A DNA stretch of 50,447 bases from Thermomonas sp. (lineage in GTDB: Bacteria; Pseudomonadota; Gammaproteobacteria; Xanthomonadales; Xanthomonadaceae). Every line of letters starts with the position of its first letter. The stretch's first letter is position 1. Shown here piece after piece: positions 36,372 through 49,797 of the stretch. The stretch spans positions 1,294-51,740 of the forward strand of contig DAOOCX010000002.1 of the NCBI GenBank assembly GCA_035408605.1, read 5' to 3'. Below the pieces are notes generated by a model. The model made no database searches and was not told where the DNA came from. It saw only the letters and a program-made list of their open reading frames with translations. Made by a program: the position numbers and the translations under genes.

Positions 36372-36842
36372 TCAGAGGTCGTCCTTCCCGGGCGTCAGTT
36401 CCTTCTCCATGTCATCGGCGGTGCTGGCCACCGTGTTCACCAACGCTTCGAAGTGGGAGGCGGAAATCCCCGCAGGCACCTTGCCGCCGAAATAGAGGTT
36501 TTTCCCCGAGATCTCCCAGGCCCCGAACTTGTACGTGGCATTTTCGCCGAGCAGTCGCCTGGCCAGGGCGGGGTCGATCGCCCCGTCTGCCAGCACGCTG
36601 GCAGGCGAGAAAATCTCGTAAAGCGTCACCCCCGCCAGTTCTTCCGTGGTCCCGGAGACGTAGACCAGTTGCGATCGCTTGTCCTTGGACCACTCGTAGA
36701 CGATCTTGTAATCGCCATCTTCATCGACCTTGAACGGGATGTCGGCCGCCTTGAGCAGGGTTTCGAGGACGGGATCGGCTGCACGTGCGCCCGGGGCGGC
36801 GAGCACGAGGAGGGCAGTCAAGGCAAGGCGGGTGGTGAGCAT
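36372..36842 (-). CDS. Exported YbjN-like / T3SS-chaperone-fold protein
   Basis: Signal peptide ending [32 protein letters not shown]. Confidence 0.6.
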   Translation of the reverse strand: MLTTRLALTALLVLAAPGARAADPVLETLLKAADIPFKVDEDGDYKIVYEWSKDKRSQLVYVSGTTEELAGVTLYEIFSPASVLADGAIDPALARRLLGENATYKFGAWEISGKNLYFGGKVPAGISASHFEALVNTVASTADDMEKELTPGKDDL

Positions 36843-36930
36843 CGCAGGGCTCCTGAGGATGCAGCCATTGTGCCGGCCGGGGCGGGCCAGCGTCCACGCC
36901 GGGGCCGGCGCGCCTCCGTATAATTCGCCC

Positions 36931-37260
36931 ATGCCCCAGACGCCCGACAACCCCCATCACGAGCACGACCACGGCGTCGTGGTCGCGCCCGCCAAGCCGG
37001 ACACCGCGCGTCCACCGCTGTATTCCGTGTTCCTGCTGAACGACGATTACACCCCGATGGATTTCGTGGTCGACGTGCTGATGCGTTTCTTCACGCTCGA
37101 CCTGGAGCGCGCGACCCAGGTGATGTTGCACGTGCATACGCGCGGTCGCGGGGTCTGCGGGGTGTTCACCCGCGAGATCGCGGAATCCAAGGTGGCGCAG
37201 GTGAACGAGTATGCCCGGCTGAACCAGCATCCCCTGCTGTGCACGATGGAGCGCGCCTGA
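36931..37260 (+). CDS. clpS: Clp protease adaptor ClpS
   Basis: [28 protein letters not shown]. Confidence 0.97.
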   Translation: MPQTPDNPHHEHDHGVVVAPAKPDTARPPLYSVFLLNDDYTPMDFVVDVLMRFFTLDLERATQVMLHVHTRGRGVCGVFTREIAESKVAQVNEYARLNQHPLLCTMERA

Positions 37261-37333
37261 TCCCGGGCGGCACTTGTACGGCGGGCGAATGCCCCCTACA
37301 TAGGAACCAGTCGTTCCGGAGGGTTTCGCCCCC

Positions 37334-39613
37334 ATGTTCAGCAAGGACCTCGAGCACAGCATCGGCCAGTGCTACAAGCGTGCACGCGATGCGCGCCACG
37401 AATTCATGACCGTCGAGCACCTGGTACTGGCACTGCTCGACAACGTGTCCGCGGAGGCCGTGCTCAAGGCGGTCAACGCGGATATCCCGCGCCTGCGCCA
37501 CGAGCTGGAAGAGGCCATCGAGGTCTCGGTCAACCGCCTGGCGGAAGATGATGGCCGCGATACGCAGCCCACGCTGGGCTTCCAGCGCGTGCTGCAGCGT
37601 GCCGTGTACCACGTGCAGTCGTCGGGCAAGAAGGAAGTCACCGGCGCCAACGTGCTGGTCGCGGTCTTCGGCGAGAAGGACTCGCATGCCGTGTACTTCC
37701 TCAACCAGCAGGACGTGCACCGGCTGGATGTCGTCAACTACATTTCGCATGGCGTGGCCCGCCAGGGCGATGAGCAAGCCCCGCAATCGCAGGACGGCGA
37801 GGGCAAGGCGGAGGGCGGCGAGGGCGAATCCAAGAGCGATCCGCTGGCCGAATTCACCAGCAACCTCAACGACCTGGCGCTGGCCGGCAAGATCGACCCG
37901 CTGGTGGGCCGCTCCGAGGAAGTGGAACGCACCATCCAGGTGCTGTGCCGCCGGCGCAAGAACAATCCGCTGTACGTGGGCGAGGCCGGCGTGGGCAAGA
38001 CTGCGCTGGCGGAAGGCCTGGCCAAGCGCATCGTCGAGGGCGACGTGCCCGAAGTACTGGTCGAGGCGGTGATCTATTCGCTCGACCTCGGCGCGCTGGT
38101 AGCCGGCACCAAGTATCGCGGCGACTTCGAGAAGCGCCTGAAGGGCGTCCTGGCGGCGCTGAAGAAGCTGCCGCACGCGATCCTGTTCATCGACGAGATC
38201 CACACCATCATCGGCGCGGGCTCCGCGAGTGGCGGGACGATGGATGCCTCCAACCTGATCAAGCCGGTGTTGGCGAATGGCGAGCTGCGCTGCATCGGTT
38301 CGACCACGTTCCAGGAATACCGCGGCATCTTCGAGAAGGATCGTGCGTTGGCGCGGCGCTTCCAGAAGATCGACATCGTCGAACCCACGGTGGGCGAGGC
38401 CATCGAGATCCTCAAGGGCCTGAAGCCCAAATACGAGGCGCACCACGGCGTCAGCTATGCCGATGACGCGATCAAGGCGGCGGTGGACCTGTCGGTGAAG
38501 CACATCGGCGACCGCCTGCTGCCGGACAAGGCCATCGACGTGATCGACGAGGCCGGCGCGCGCCAGCGCCTGATGCCGATGGACGCCCGGAAGAGCCTGA
38601 TCGATGTCGAGGAAATCGAGACCATCGTCGCCAAGATGGCGCGGATCCCGGCCAAGCAGGTCAGCAGTTCCGACAAGGACGTGCTGCAGCACCTGGATCG
38701 CAACCTGAAGATGGTGATCTTCGGCCAGGATCCGGCGATCACCAGCCTGACCTCGGCGATCAAGCTGGCGCGTTCCGGCCTGGGAAATCCCGACAAGCCG
38801 ATCGGCAACTTCCTGTTCGCCGGCCCCACCGGCGTGGGCAAGACCGAGGTCACCAAGCAACTGGCCATGCAACTCGGCATCGAGCTGGTGCGCTTCGACA
38901 TGTCCGAGTACATGGAATCGCATTCGGTCAGTCGCCTGATCGGCGCGCCGCCGGGCTATGTCGGCTTCGACCAGGGCGGCCTGCTGACCGAGAAGATCGT
39001 CAAGACCCCGCACTGCGTGCTGCTGCTCGACGAGATCGAAAAGGCGCACCCCGACATCTTCAACATCCTGTTGCAGGTGATGGACCGCGGCGTGCTGACC
39101 GATACCAATGGCCGCGAGGCGAACTTCCGCAACGTGATCCTGGTGATGACCACCAATGCCGGAGCTACCCAGGCCGCGCGGCGCAGCATCGGGTTCACCA
39201 AGCAGGACCACAGCACCGATGCGATGGAAGTGATCCGTCGCGGCTTCACGCCGGAGTTCCGCAACCGCCTGGACGCGATCGTGCAGTTCCAGGCGCTCGG
39301 TTTCGACCACATCCTGCGGGTCGTGGACAAGTTCCTGATCGAACTGGAAATGCTGCTGCACGAGAAGCAGGTCAGCCTGTCGGCCACGCCGGCCGCGCGC
39401 GACTGGCTGGCCCAGCATGGCTTCGACCCGATGATGGGCGCTCGCCCGATGGCGCGGCTGATCCAGGACCGGATCAAGCGTCCGCTGGCGGACGAACTGC
39501 TGTTCGGCAAGCTGGTCGCGGGTGGCCGCGTGTCGCTGGATGCGGTCGATGGCGAGCTGGCGCTGGACGTGCAGGCCGAACCGGAGAAGCTGCTGCCGGC
39601 AGTGGTCGAGTAA
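37334..39613 (+). CDS. clpA: ATP-dependent Clp protease subunit ClpA
   Basis: Two AAA+ modules ([16 protein letters not shown]), SIGF loop. Confidence 0.98.
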   Translation: MFSKDLEHSIGQCYKRARDARHEFMTVEHLVLALLDNVSAEAVLKAVNADIPRLRHELEEAIEVSVNRLAEDDGRDTQPTLGFQRVLQRAVYHVQSSGKKEVTGANVLVAVFGEKDSHAVYFLNQQDVHRLDVVNYISHGVARQGDEQAPQSQDGEGKAEGGEGESKSDPLAEFTSNLNDLALAGKIDPLVGRSEEVERTIQVLCRRRKNNPLYVGEAGVGKTALAEGLAKRIVEGDVPEVLVEAVIYSLDLGALVAGTKYRGDFEKRLKGVLAALKKLPHAILFIDEIHTIIGAGSASGGTMDASNLIKPVLANGELRCIGSTTFQEYRGIFEKDRALARRFQKIDIVEPTVGEAIEILKGLKPKYEAHHGVSYADDAIKAAVDLSVKHIGDRLLPDKAIDVIDEAGARQRLMPMDARKSLIDVEEIETIVAKMARIPAKQVSSSDKDVLQHLDRNLKMVIFGQDPAITSLTSAIKLARSGLGNPDKPIGNFLFAGPTGVGKTEVTKQLAMQLGIELVRFDMSEYMESHSVSRLIGAPPGYVGFDQGGLLTEKIVKTPHCVLLLDEIEKAHPDIFNILLQVMDRGVLTDTNGREANFRNVILVMTTNAGATQAARRSIGFTKQDHSTDAMEVIRRGFTPEFRNRLDAIVQFQALGFDHILRVVDKFLIELEMLLHEKQVSLSATPAARDWLAQHGFDPMMGARPMARLIQDRIKRPLADELLFGKLVAGGRVSLDAVDGELALDVQAEPEKLLPAVVE

Positions 39614-39628
39614 AACGATCCAGGCAAC

Positions 39629-39659
39629 AAAAAAGGCGGCCATTGGCCGCCTTTTTCTT
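39629..39659. terminator. Bidirectional terminator between clpA and infA
   Basis: AAAAAGGCGGCCA-T-TGGCCGCCTTTTT. Confidence 0.9.
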
Positions 39660-39667
39660 GCCGCCAA

Positions 39668-39886
39668 TCAACGATGGCGGTACGTGATGCGTCCCTTGGT
39701 CAGGTCGTACGGGGTCATTTCCACCTTGACCCGGTCGCCCGTGAGGATGCGGATGTAGTTCTTGCGCATGCGTCCGGAGATGTGCGCGATGATCTCGTGG
39801 CCGTTCTCCAGCTTGACCCGGAACATGGTGTTCGGGAGGGTCTCGGAGATCGTGCCTTCAAATTCGATGACGTCGTCTTTTGCCAC
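39668..39886 (-). CDS. infA: Translation initiation factor IF-1
   Basis: [27 protein letters not shown]; GTG start, 72 aa. Confidence 0.97.
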   Translation of the reverse strand: MAKDDVIEFEGTISETLPNTMFRVKLENGHEIIAHISGRMRKNYIRILTGDRVKVEMTPYDLTKGRITYRHR

Positions 39887-39998
39887 TGTGGGTGGTATTC
39901 CTGTTGAAGCGTGAGGTTGCTGGCTCGGAGTCGGGGCCGCGCCGCGACCCGAAAGCGCGGCATTCTGACACGTGGCGGCGGGGCTTGCAAAAATCCCG

Positions 39999-40748
39999 TT
40001 AAACCTGTGCGGGCCTGGCGAGCGATGAAGCGTGGATTTCGCCGAAATCCCGGGTCCACGTCCCCGGCAATCCATCGCTGTCCCGCAATGCCTCCAGCGC
40101 CTGCAGGTAGGCGGTCCTCGGCCAGGTTTCAACGCCAAGTCGGCGCGTGTGCCCGTTCGGGACCTGCGCGTCGATCAACGGCCAGCCCCAGGCGTGCAGG
40201 CGCATGGCGAGGGTCGCCAGGGCGACGGTCGAGGCCCCGGTTTGCGCGGAATACATGCTTTCGCCGCAGAACATCCGGCCGATGGCCAGCCCGTACAGTC
40301 CGCCGACGAGGGCCCCGCCATCGAACACTTCGATGCTGTGCGCATGGCCGAGGCGGTGCAGTTCCACATAGGCCTCGACCATCGCGCCGGTGATCCACGT
40401 CCCGCCATCCTGGCCAGGCCGGGGCAGGTGCGCGCAGGCCTCGATGACCCTGCGGAAACAGGTGTCGGCGCGCACGACCAACGCGGACTTGCGCAACTCA
40501 CGGCGACGTCGCGACGACAGATGGACGCCGTCGGTACGAAATACCGCGCGTCGCGACGGGCTCCACCACAGGGGCGGCTCATCCTCCGAGAACCACGGGA
40601 AGATGCCCTGACGATACGCGTTGAGCAGGCGTGTCGGCGACAGGTCGCCGCCGAAGGCGAGCAGGCCGTCCGGGTCCGCCAGGGCCTGCATGACCGGCGG
40701 GAAGGATGCCCGTGGGTCGTCATCCAGTTGGACGATGCGCAGGTTCAT
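39999..40748 (-). CDS. aat: Leucyl/phenylalanyl-tRNA--protein transferase
   Basis: [29 protein letters not shown]. Confidence 0.96.
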   Translation of the reverse strand: MNLRIVQLDDDPRASFPPVMQALADPDGLLAFGGDLSPTRLLNAYRQGIFPWFSEDEPPLWWSPSRRAVFRTDGVHLSSRRRRELRKSALVVRADTCFRRVIEACAHLPRPGQDGGTWITGAMVEAYVELHRLGHAHSIEVFDGGALVGGLYGLAIGRMFCGESMYSAQTGASTVALATLAMRLHAWGWPLIDAQVPNGHTRRLGVETWPRTAYLQALEALRDSDGLPGTWTRDFGEIHASSLARPAQV

Positions 40749-41874
40749 TGCGCCGGCGCCCTGAACGGCGAATGCGCCTGCAGTTGCCGCAGGTGCTCGC
40801 GGGTCGCCATCCGTTCCTCGGCGCACCACGCACCGATCGCCTCGGCGAAGCGCGGATCGGCGATGCGGTGGCGGCTGCGCACGATGCTGGGCAGGAAGCC
40901 GCGGGCGATCTTGTGCTGGCCCTGCGCGCCGGGCTCGAAGCGGGCGAGGCCTTCGCGCAGGCAGTACTCGATCCCCTGGTAGTAGCAGGCCTCGAAATGC
41001 AGGCCGGGATGCAGTTCGCCTGCGCCCCAATAGCGTCCGTAAAGGGTGTCAGCGCCGCGCAGGCACAGGGCGCCGGCGATCGGCTTCTCCTCGCGCTCGG
41101 CCAGCACGATCACCAGTTGCCTCGGCAATTCCCGGGCAAGATGGCGGATGAAATCCAGCGTCAGGGCCGGCGAATTGCCGTATTCGGCGAAGGTTTGCAG
41201 ATAGAAACCATGCATCGCGGCGAAGTCGCCATCGGACGCTTCGCCACCGTGCACGATGCGGAAGGTGATGCCGGCCTCGCGCACCTTGCGGCGTTCCTGG
41301 CGGATGTTCTTGCGATGCTTGTGGTCCATCGCGGCCAGGAAGCTTTCGAAGTCAGCCCAGCCCGCAGCGTTATGCCAGTGGTACTGGATGTCCTCGCGCA
41401 ACAGCCAGGCGGCGTCGAATGCCTTTTCGTCGGTCGCATCGTGGAAATTCACGTGCGCCGACGACAGCCCGGACTGCTCCAGGAAGCCGCCGATCGCATC
41501 CAGCAAGGCGCGCTTCGACGCCTCGTCGCGTGCGAGCAGGCGCGGCCCGGTCACGGGCGAGTAGGGCACCGCGCCGAGCCACTTCGGGAAGTAGTCCAGT
41601 CCATGTCGTGCATAGGCATGCGCCCATGCATGGTCGAACACGAATTCGCCATGCGAGTTGGACTTGAGGTAACCGGGGGCCGCCGCGACCAGCCGGTCGC
41701 CTTGCCACAGACCCAGGTGGCACGGCGTCCAGCCCCAGTCCTCGCGCAAGCAACCCGTGGTTTCCAGCCCGGAAATAAAGGCATGCGCCACGAACGGATT
41801 GCGCCCGTCGTGCAGCGCGTCCCAATCGGCGGCGAGGATCTCCGACAGCGCGCGATGGATGCGCGCTGACGGCA

Positions 41875-41875
<1 letters not shown>
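40745..41875 (-). CDS. FemAB-like GNAT family protein (DUF482)
   Basis: HGEFVFDHAWA, PVTGPRLL, LYGRYWG, LHFEACYYQ, GAQGQHK. Confidence 0.88.
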
Positions 41876-43059
<1,184 letters not shown>

Positions 43060-43100
43060 TTATCAAAGGCCTAGGGGAACTTCCTGAGGCCTGATCACAG

Positions 43101-45476
<2,376 letters not shown>

Positions 45477-45551
45477 GTCGCGCGCAGGCGTCGTGCAGGC
45501 GCATTCAGCTTGGCCCGGACACACTGCGACCCAGTCTGCAGGAGAGATCCC

Positions 45552-46184
45552 ATGAGCACTTTTGGCATGAAGCCCGCCACCACCATCCTGTCCGCCGCGC
45601 TGCTGCTGGCCGCCAATATCGCCAACGCAAGCGCGCGCGACGAGCTCAACGCGTTCACCAAGGGGCTGAAGGGGCTGGATGGACAGTTCACCCAGCAGGT
45701 CTTCGATGCGCGCGGCAAGCAGAAGGAAACTTCCAGCGGCCGTGTGGCCGTCTCGGCACCGCGGCTGTTCCGCTGGGAATACGTCAGGCCGTATCCGCAA
45801 TTGATCGTGGCCGATGGCAAGACCGTGTGGGTGCATGACCCCGACCTGCAGCAGGTGAGCCGGCGCGCCCAAGGCGTGGAAGAAGCCAACAGCCCCCTGG
45901 CGATCCTGCTGGATCCGTCGAAGCTGGACCGCGATTTCGTGGTGAAGGATGCCGGCAAGACGGGCGGCATCGAATGGCTGGAACTCACGCCGAAGCAGGC
46001 CGAGGCACCGTTCAAGTCGGCGCGGCTTGGCTTTGCCAACAAGGGCCTGGCGCAGATGGAGTACGTGGATGCGCTCGGCCAGCGCACGCGCATCAGCTTC
46101 ACCGGCTGGAAGCGCAACCCGGCGTTTGCGCGGGGCACCTTCGTCTATGTGCCGCAGAAAGGCGTCGACGTCATCGGCGGTTGA
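45552..46184 (+). CDS. lolA: Outer-membrane lipoprotein chaperone LolA
   Basis: Signal peptide, FTQQV, FRWEY, IVADGKTVW; follows ftsK. Confidence 0.95.
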   Translation: MSTFGMKPATTILSAALLLAANIANASARDELNAFTKGLKGLDGQFTQQVFDARGKQKETSSGRVAVSAPRLFRWEYVRPYPQLIVADGKTVWVHDPDLQQVSRRAQGVEEANSPLAILLDPSKLDRDFVVKDAGKTGGIEWLELTPKQAEAPFKSARLGFANKGLAQMEYVDALGQRTRISFTGWKRNPAFARGTFVYVPQKGVDVIGG

Positions 46185-46290
46185 TCGCATCCCGCGGTTC
46201 GCCCTCGATTCAGGCTGGCGCGGTCCACCTCACGCTGGCTCCACGTGGCGATGCGCACATTGACGCAACGCCACCAACGGAAGCCTCGCC

Positions 46291-46983
46291 ATGGATCGCA
46301 AGGGACTCAACCGCACCGCCATTGCCGTCGCGCTGGCACTCGTGACGGCAGGTGCGGTCGTTGCGCAGGCTGGAACCCCGGCTACGCCGAACGCCGTGGT
46401 GGTCGAGGGACACAGCAACGATCTCGTAGCGGCCGGCAATGCCCTCGATTCACGGATCCTCGCGTCGATCGACGACGCCACCGCCGCTGCATTGATAGGC
46501 GCCCTCGAAACCCGCTTTGCCGGACGCGAGGTGGCGCTGCGGATGGGCGAGGTCGAAAGCACGCGCGCCAGCCTCCGCGATATCGCCCTGCATGGCACCG
46601 CGCAGATCCGCCTCGGGCAGGATGCGGGGTGGATGCCGATCCGGTTCGAAGCGCTCTACGACACCGATACCCAGGCCGTGTTGAGCCCTGCGATCGTGCT
46701 GGAAGGCTCGGCCGTGGCCGCTGCGCCCAAGCTGCCATTGCCCGGCCTGCAGGCACAGGTTCGGGCTGCCATGGGCGATGAGTTCGCTTCGCAACGGGTG
46801 GATGTGTCCCTGCGACAGGCGCAGGTGATCGGCAATGATGGCCGCCGGCTGGTGGTGCGTGCGCAAGGCATCGCCCGGTTCGACGGCAGCGACACCGCCC
46901 CGGTGACCGTGCGCGCCCTGTACGAGCAGGGCAGCGGTCGCTGGCTGGACGCGCAGTACGATTTCGACGTGGTGGGTGGCTGA
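46291..46983 (+). CDS. Exported hypothetical protein with internal duplication
   Basis: Signal-peptide-like N-terminus; two similar halves ending FEALYD and VRALYE. Confidence 0.65.
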   Translation: MDRKGLNRTAIAVALALVTAGAVVAQAGTPATPNAVVVEGHSNDLVAAGNALDSRILASIDDATAAALIGALETRFAGREVALRMGEVESTRASLRDIALHGTAQIRLGQDAGWMPIRFEALYDTDTQAVLSPAIVLEGSAVAAAPKLPLPGLQAQVRAAMGDEFASQRVDVSLRQAQVIGNDGRRLVVRAQGIARFDGSDTAPVTVRALYEQGSGRWLDAQYDFDVVGG

Positions 46984-47035
46984 GTCCACAAGGACTTGGC
47001 GCCGCCGGCGAGACGGCGCCGCGTAGAATCGACGG

Positions 47036-48442
47036 GTGGCCAAGCCTGCGAAAACCAAGACCATCGATGCCATGAGCCTGCTGCCTGAGGAAAGCGGTAG
47101 CGCGTCGTCCCCGGACGTGTCGTCTCCCGACGTGGTGGCGATGCGGCCCTTGGCCGAACGCATGCGGCCGCGGTCCCTGGACGACATGGTGGGACAGCGT
47201 CGCCTGCTGGCGCCGGCCTCCGCGCTACGGCGTGCGGTCGAGGCCGGGCGCGTGCATTCGATGATCCTGTGGGGACCGCCGGGGTGCGGCAAGACCACGC
47301 TTGCATTGTTGCTGGCGCGCTATGCCGATGCGGAGTTCGTGGCGATCTCGGCGGTGCTGTCCGGCCTGCCGCAGGTGCGCGAGGTGCTGGCGGAGGCGCA
47401 GGCGCGCTTCGAAGGCGGCCGCCGCACGGTGCTGTTCGTGGACGAGGTGCACCGCTTCAACAAGGCGCAGCAGGATGCGTTCCTGCCGCACATCGAGCGC
47501 GGCAGCATCCTGTTCGTCGGCGCGACCACCGAGAATCCCTCGTTCGAACTCAATTCGGCGTTGTTGTCGCGCTGCCGCGTGCACGTGCTGGAAGCGGTGT
47601 CGACCGATGACATCGTCGTCGCGCTGCGGCATGCACTGGATGATGCCGAGCGCGGATTGGGCGGCCGCGGCCTGGCTGTCGCGGAAAACGCACTGCGCGA
47701 GATCGCGGGCGCAGCCGATGGCGATGTGCGGCGTGCGCTGACCCTGCTCGAGATCGCCGCGGACATCGCCGATGGCGAAGGCGGCACGATCAGCGGGGCC
47801 ACCCTGCACCAGGTGCTGGCCGACCGCACGCGCCGATTCGACAAGGGCGGCGACCAGTTCTACGACCAGATCTCGGCCCTGCACAAGTGCGTGCGCAGTT
47901 CCAACCCCGATGCCGCGTTGTACTGGCTGGCGCGGATGCTGGACGGCGGCGCCGACCCTGCTTACATGGCGCGCAGGTTGACCCGGATGGCGGTGGAGGA
48001 CATCGGCCTGGCCGATCCGCGCGCATTGCAGATGGCGATCGAGGCATGGGACGCCTACGACCGGCTGGGTTCACCCGAGGGCGAACTCGCACTGGCGCAG
48101 CTCACGATCTACCTGGCCAGCACCGCCAAGTCGAACGCCGGCTATCGCGCGTGGAACGCCGCTCGCGGCGATGTCGATGCACTGGGCACGCAGGACGTGC
48201 CACTACATTTCCGCAATGCGCCCACGAAACTCATGAAGTCGCTGGGCTACGGCAAGGACTACCAGTACGACCACGATGCCGACGGCGGCATCGCGCTGGA
48301 CCAGACCGGCTTCCCGGATGCGATGGGCGAGCGCGTGTACTACGCACCGACCCCGCGCGGCATGGAAGGCAAGCTCAAGGAAAAGCTCGATGCCTTGCGC
48401 GCTGCGCGCCAGCAGGCTCGCGACGCCAAGGGATCCCGATGA
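47036..48442 (+). CDS. rarA: Replication-associated recombination protein A
   Basis: PLAERMRP, GPPGCGKT, DEVHRFNKAQQD, ATTENPSF; start codon uncertain. Confidence 0.96.
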   Translation: MAKPAKTKTIDAMSLLPEESGSASSPDVSSPDVVAMRPLAERMRPRSLDDMVGQRRLLAPASALRRAVEAGRVHSMILWGPPGCGKTTLALLLARYADAEFVAISAVLSGLPQVREVLAEAQARFEGGRRTVLFVDEVHRFNKAQQDAFLPHIERGSILFVGATTENPSFELNSALLSRCRVHVLEAVSTDDIVVALRHALDDAERGLGGRGLAVAENALREIAGAADGDVRRALTLLEIAADIADGEGGTISGATLHQVLADRTRRFDKGGDQFYDQISALHKCVRSSNPDAALYWLARMLDGGADPAYMARRLTRMAVEDIGLADPRALQMAIEAWDAYDRLGSPEGELALAQLTIYLASTAKSNAGYRAWNAARGDVDALGTQDVPLHFRNAPTKLMKSLGYGKDYQYDHDADGGIALDQTGFPDAMGERVYYAPTPRGMEGKLKEKLDALRAARQQARDAKGSR

Positions 48443-48840
48443 ACGCGTGGTGGCAGCAACTCGTGCTGGTGATGCTGGGCGGCGCGTTGGGCGCAGCCGG
48501 TCGCTTCTGGCTGGGCGGCGCGCTGCTGCGGCAATTCGGGAGCGGAATCCCGTGGGGAACGCTGGCGGCCAACCTGATCGGCTCGTTCGCCGTGGGTTAC
48601 ATCGCGGTGTGGCTGGAAGGGCGCGGGCCAGCGGCGCTGTACTGGCGTGCGTTCCTGATCGTCGGCTTGCTGGGCGGGTTGACCACGTTCTCGGCGTTGA
48701 TGCTGGAGTCGTTGCTGTTGGCGCGCACGCATCGCAATGACCTCCTGCTCGCCTACCTTGGCGGCACGCTGGTCGCGGGGCTGCTGCTGGTATGGGCAGG
48801 CGCTCGGCTGGCCGAGGCACTGCGCGCTGCGTCGCCCTGA
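48439..48840 (+). CDS. crcB: Fluoride efflux channel CrcB/FluC
   Basis: GGALGAAGR, GTLAANLIG, GGLTTFS. Confidence 0.92.
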   Translation: MNAWWQQLVLVMLGGALGAAGRFWLGGALLRQFGSGIPWGTLAANLIGSFAVGYIAVWLEGRGPAALYWRAFLIVGLLGGLTTFSALMLESLLLARTHRNDLLLAYLGGTLVAGLLLVWAGARLAEALRAASP

Positions 48841-48855
48841 CCCGGTGCATCGTTC

Positions 48856-49767
48856 CTACTGGTGGACGGCGTAGGGCCCGAACGTATTGCCGATGAAACC
48901 GCCGGCGTGGTCGACGCTGAGCAGGCTGGCATCCAGCCGATTTAGCAAGGTGTTCCAGTGCTCCGTTCCGCTGCGCCAGGACACGTCGAGGTGCTGGTCG
49001 TCCAGTTGGAGCCGCAGCGATAACGCCGCGTCGTTCGATGCCAGTGGCACCCGCTTCAGTTCGCGCCCGGGCAGCGGATCGTCCTTGCCATTGCGCAGAC
49101 GAAGGACCAGCGCCGCGCCGGCATCGCTGCGTTCGACTGCCGCGACGACGTGGTGCGTCTCGTTCTGGAACAACGCCAGTCCGGCCAGCTCGCCGACCTC
49201 CAGACCCGCCGGCTCAAGCGTCGCTTCGATCCACGCTTTGTGGTGTTGCAGGCGATGCGCGAGATACGTCGGCTGACCGTTGCCTGCGGCGCCGTGCGCA
49301 CCCAGCGAGGTCGTGCCGGGCACGATGCGCAGACCGCCATCGCCGGTGCGGAACCACGGCAGTTGCGGCGCATGCAGGGTCAACCATTGCGGACCGGGTG
49401 AGTCCGCGAAGGTTTCGCTCCACGTGATCGGGCCTGACATCGGAGGCGGCGATGGATCGCGTGGCAGGGCCGGGCGCTGCGCGACCGCGGGCACGCGCGC
49501 ACCGCGCGGCAGCACCATCGGCCAGCCATCGTCCGTCCAGCTGACCGGCAGCAGGAAGGTTTCGCGCCCCAGGTTGTACTGGTTGCCGCGATACGGGCGC
49601 GTGCCCAGGAACACGGTCCACCAGGAACCATCTTTCAGCTCGATGAACTGCGCATGCCCGGTTGACGTGATCGGAGAGGGGCGGTTCGGATCGAGGTCGC
49701 GCTGGGTCAGCGAGGGATTGCCGGTCCACGCCACGTAAGGTCCTTCTACGTCGCGGCTGCGCCAGAC
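48856..49767 (-). pseudogene. 5'-truncated GH43 beta-xylosidase/arabinofuranosidase (end of the catalytic domain plus C-terminal beta-sandwich)
   Basis: RSRDVEGPY..GNP.LTQR, TGHA..WWTVFLGTRPY, LGRETFLLPVSW..GWP, AGGFIG..GPY; similarity stops at about 49767 and there is no GH43 N-terminus. Confidence 0.82.
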
Positions 49768-49769
49768 GC

Positions 49770-49797
49770 ATTTCGCATAATGCCTACCGGGTCCCGG
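49770..49797 (+). other. dif-like hybrid site (XerC arm plus non-canonical remainder), probable attL
   Basis: ATTTCGCATAA-TGCCTA-CCGGGTCCCGG; the left arm and TG match the gammaproteobacterial dif pattern (..CGCATAA TGTATA TTATG..), the XerD arm is absent. Confidence 0.7.

Noticed and set aside
49770-49797. A complete functional chromosomal dif site
   Set aside because: The XerD arm (TTATGT..A) is missing and the central hexamer differs; kept only as a hybrid att-like site
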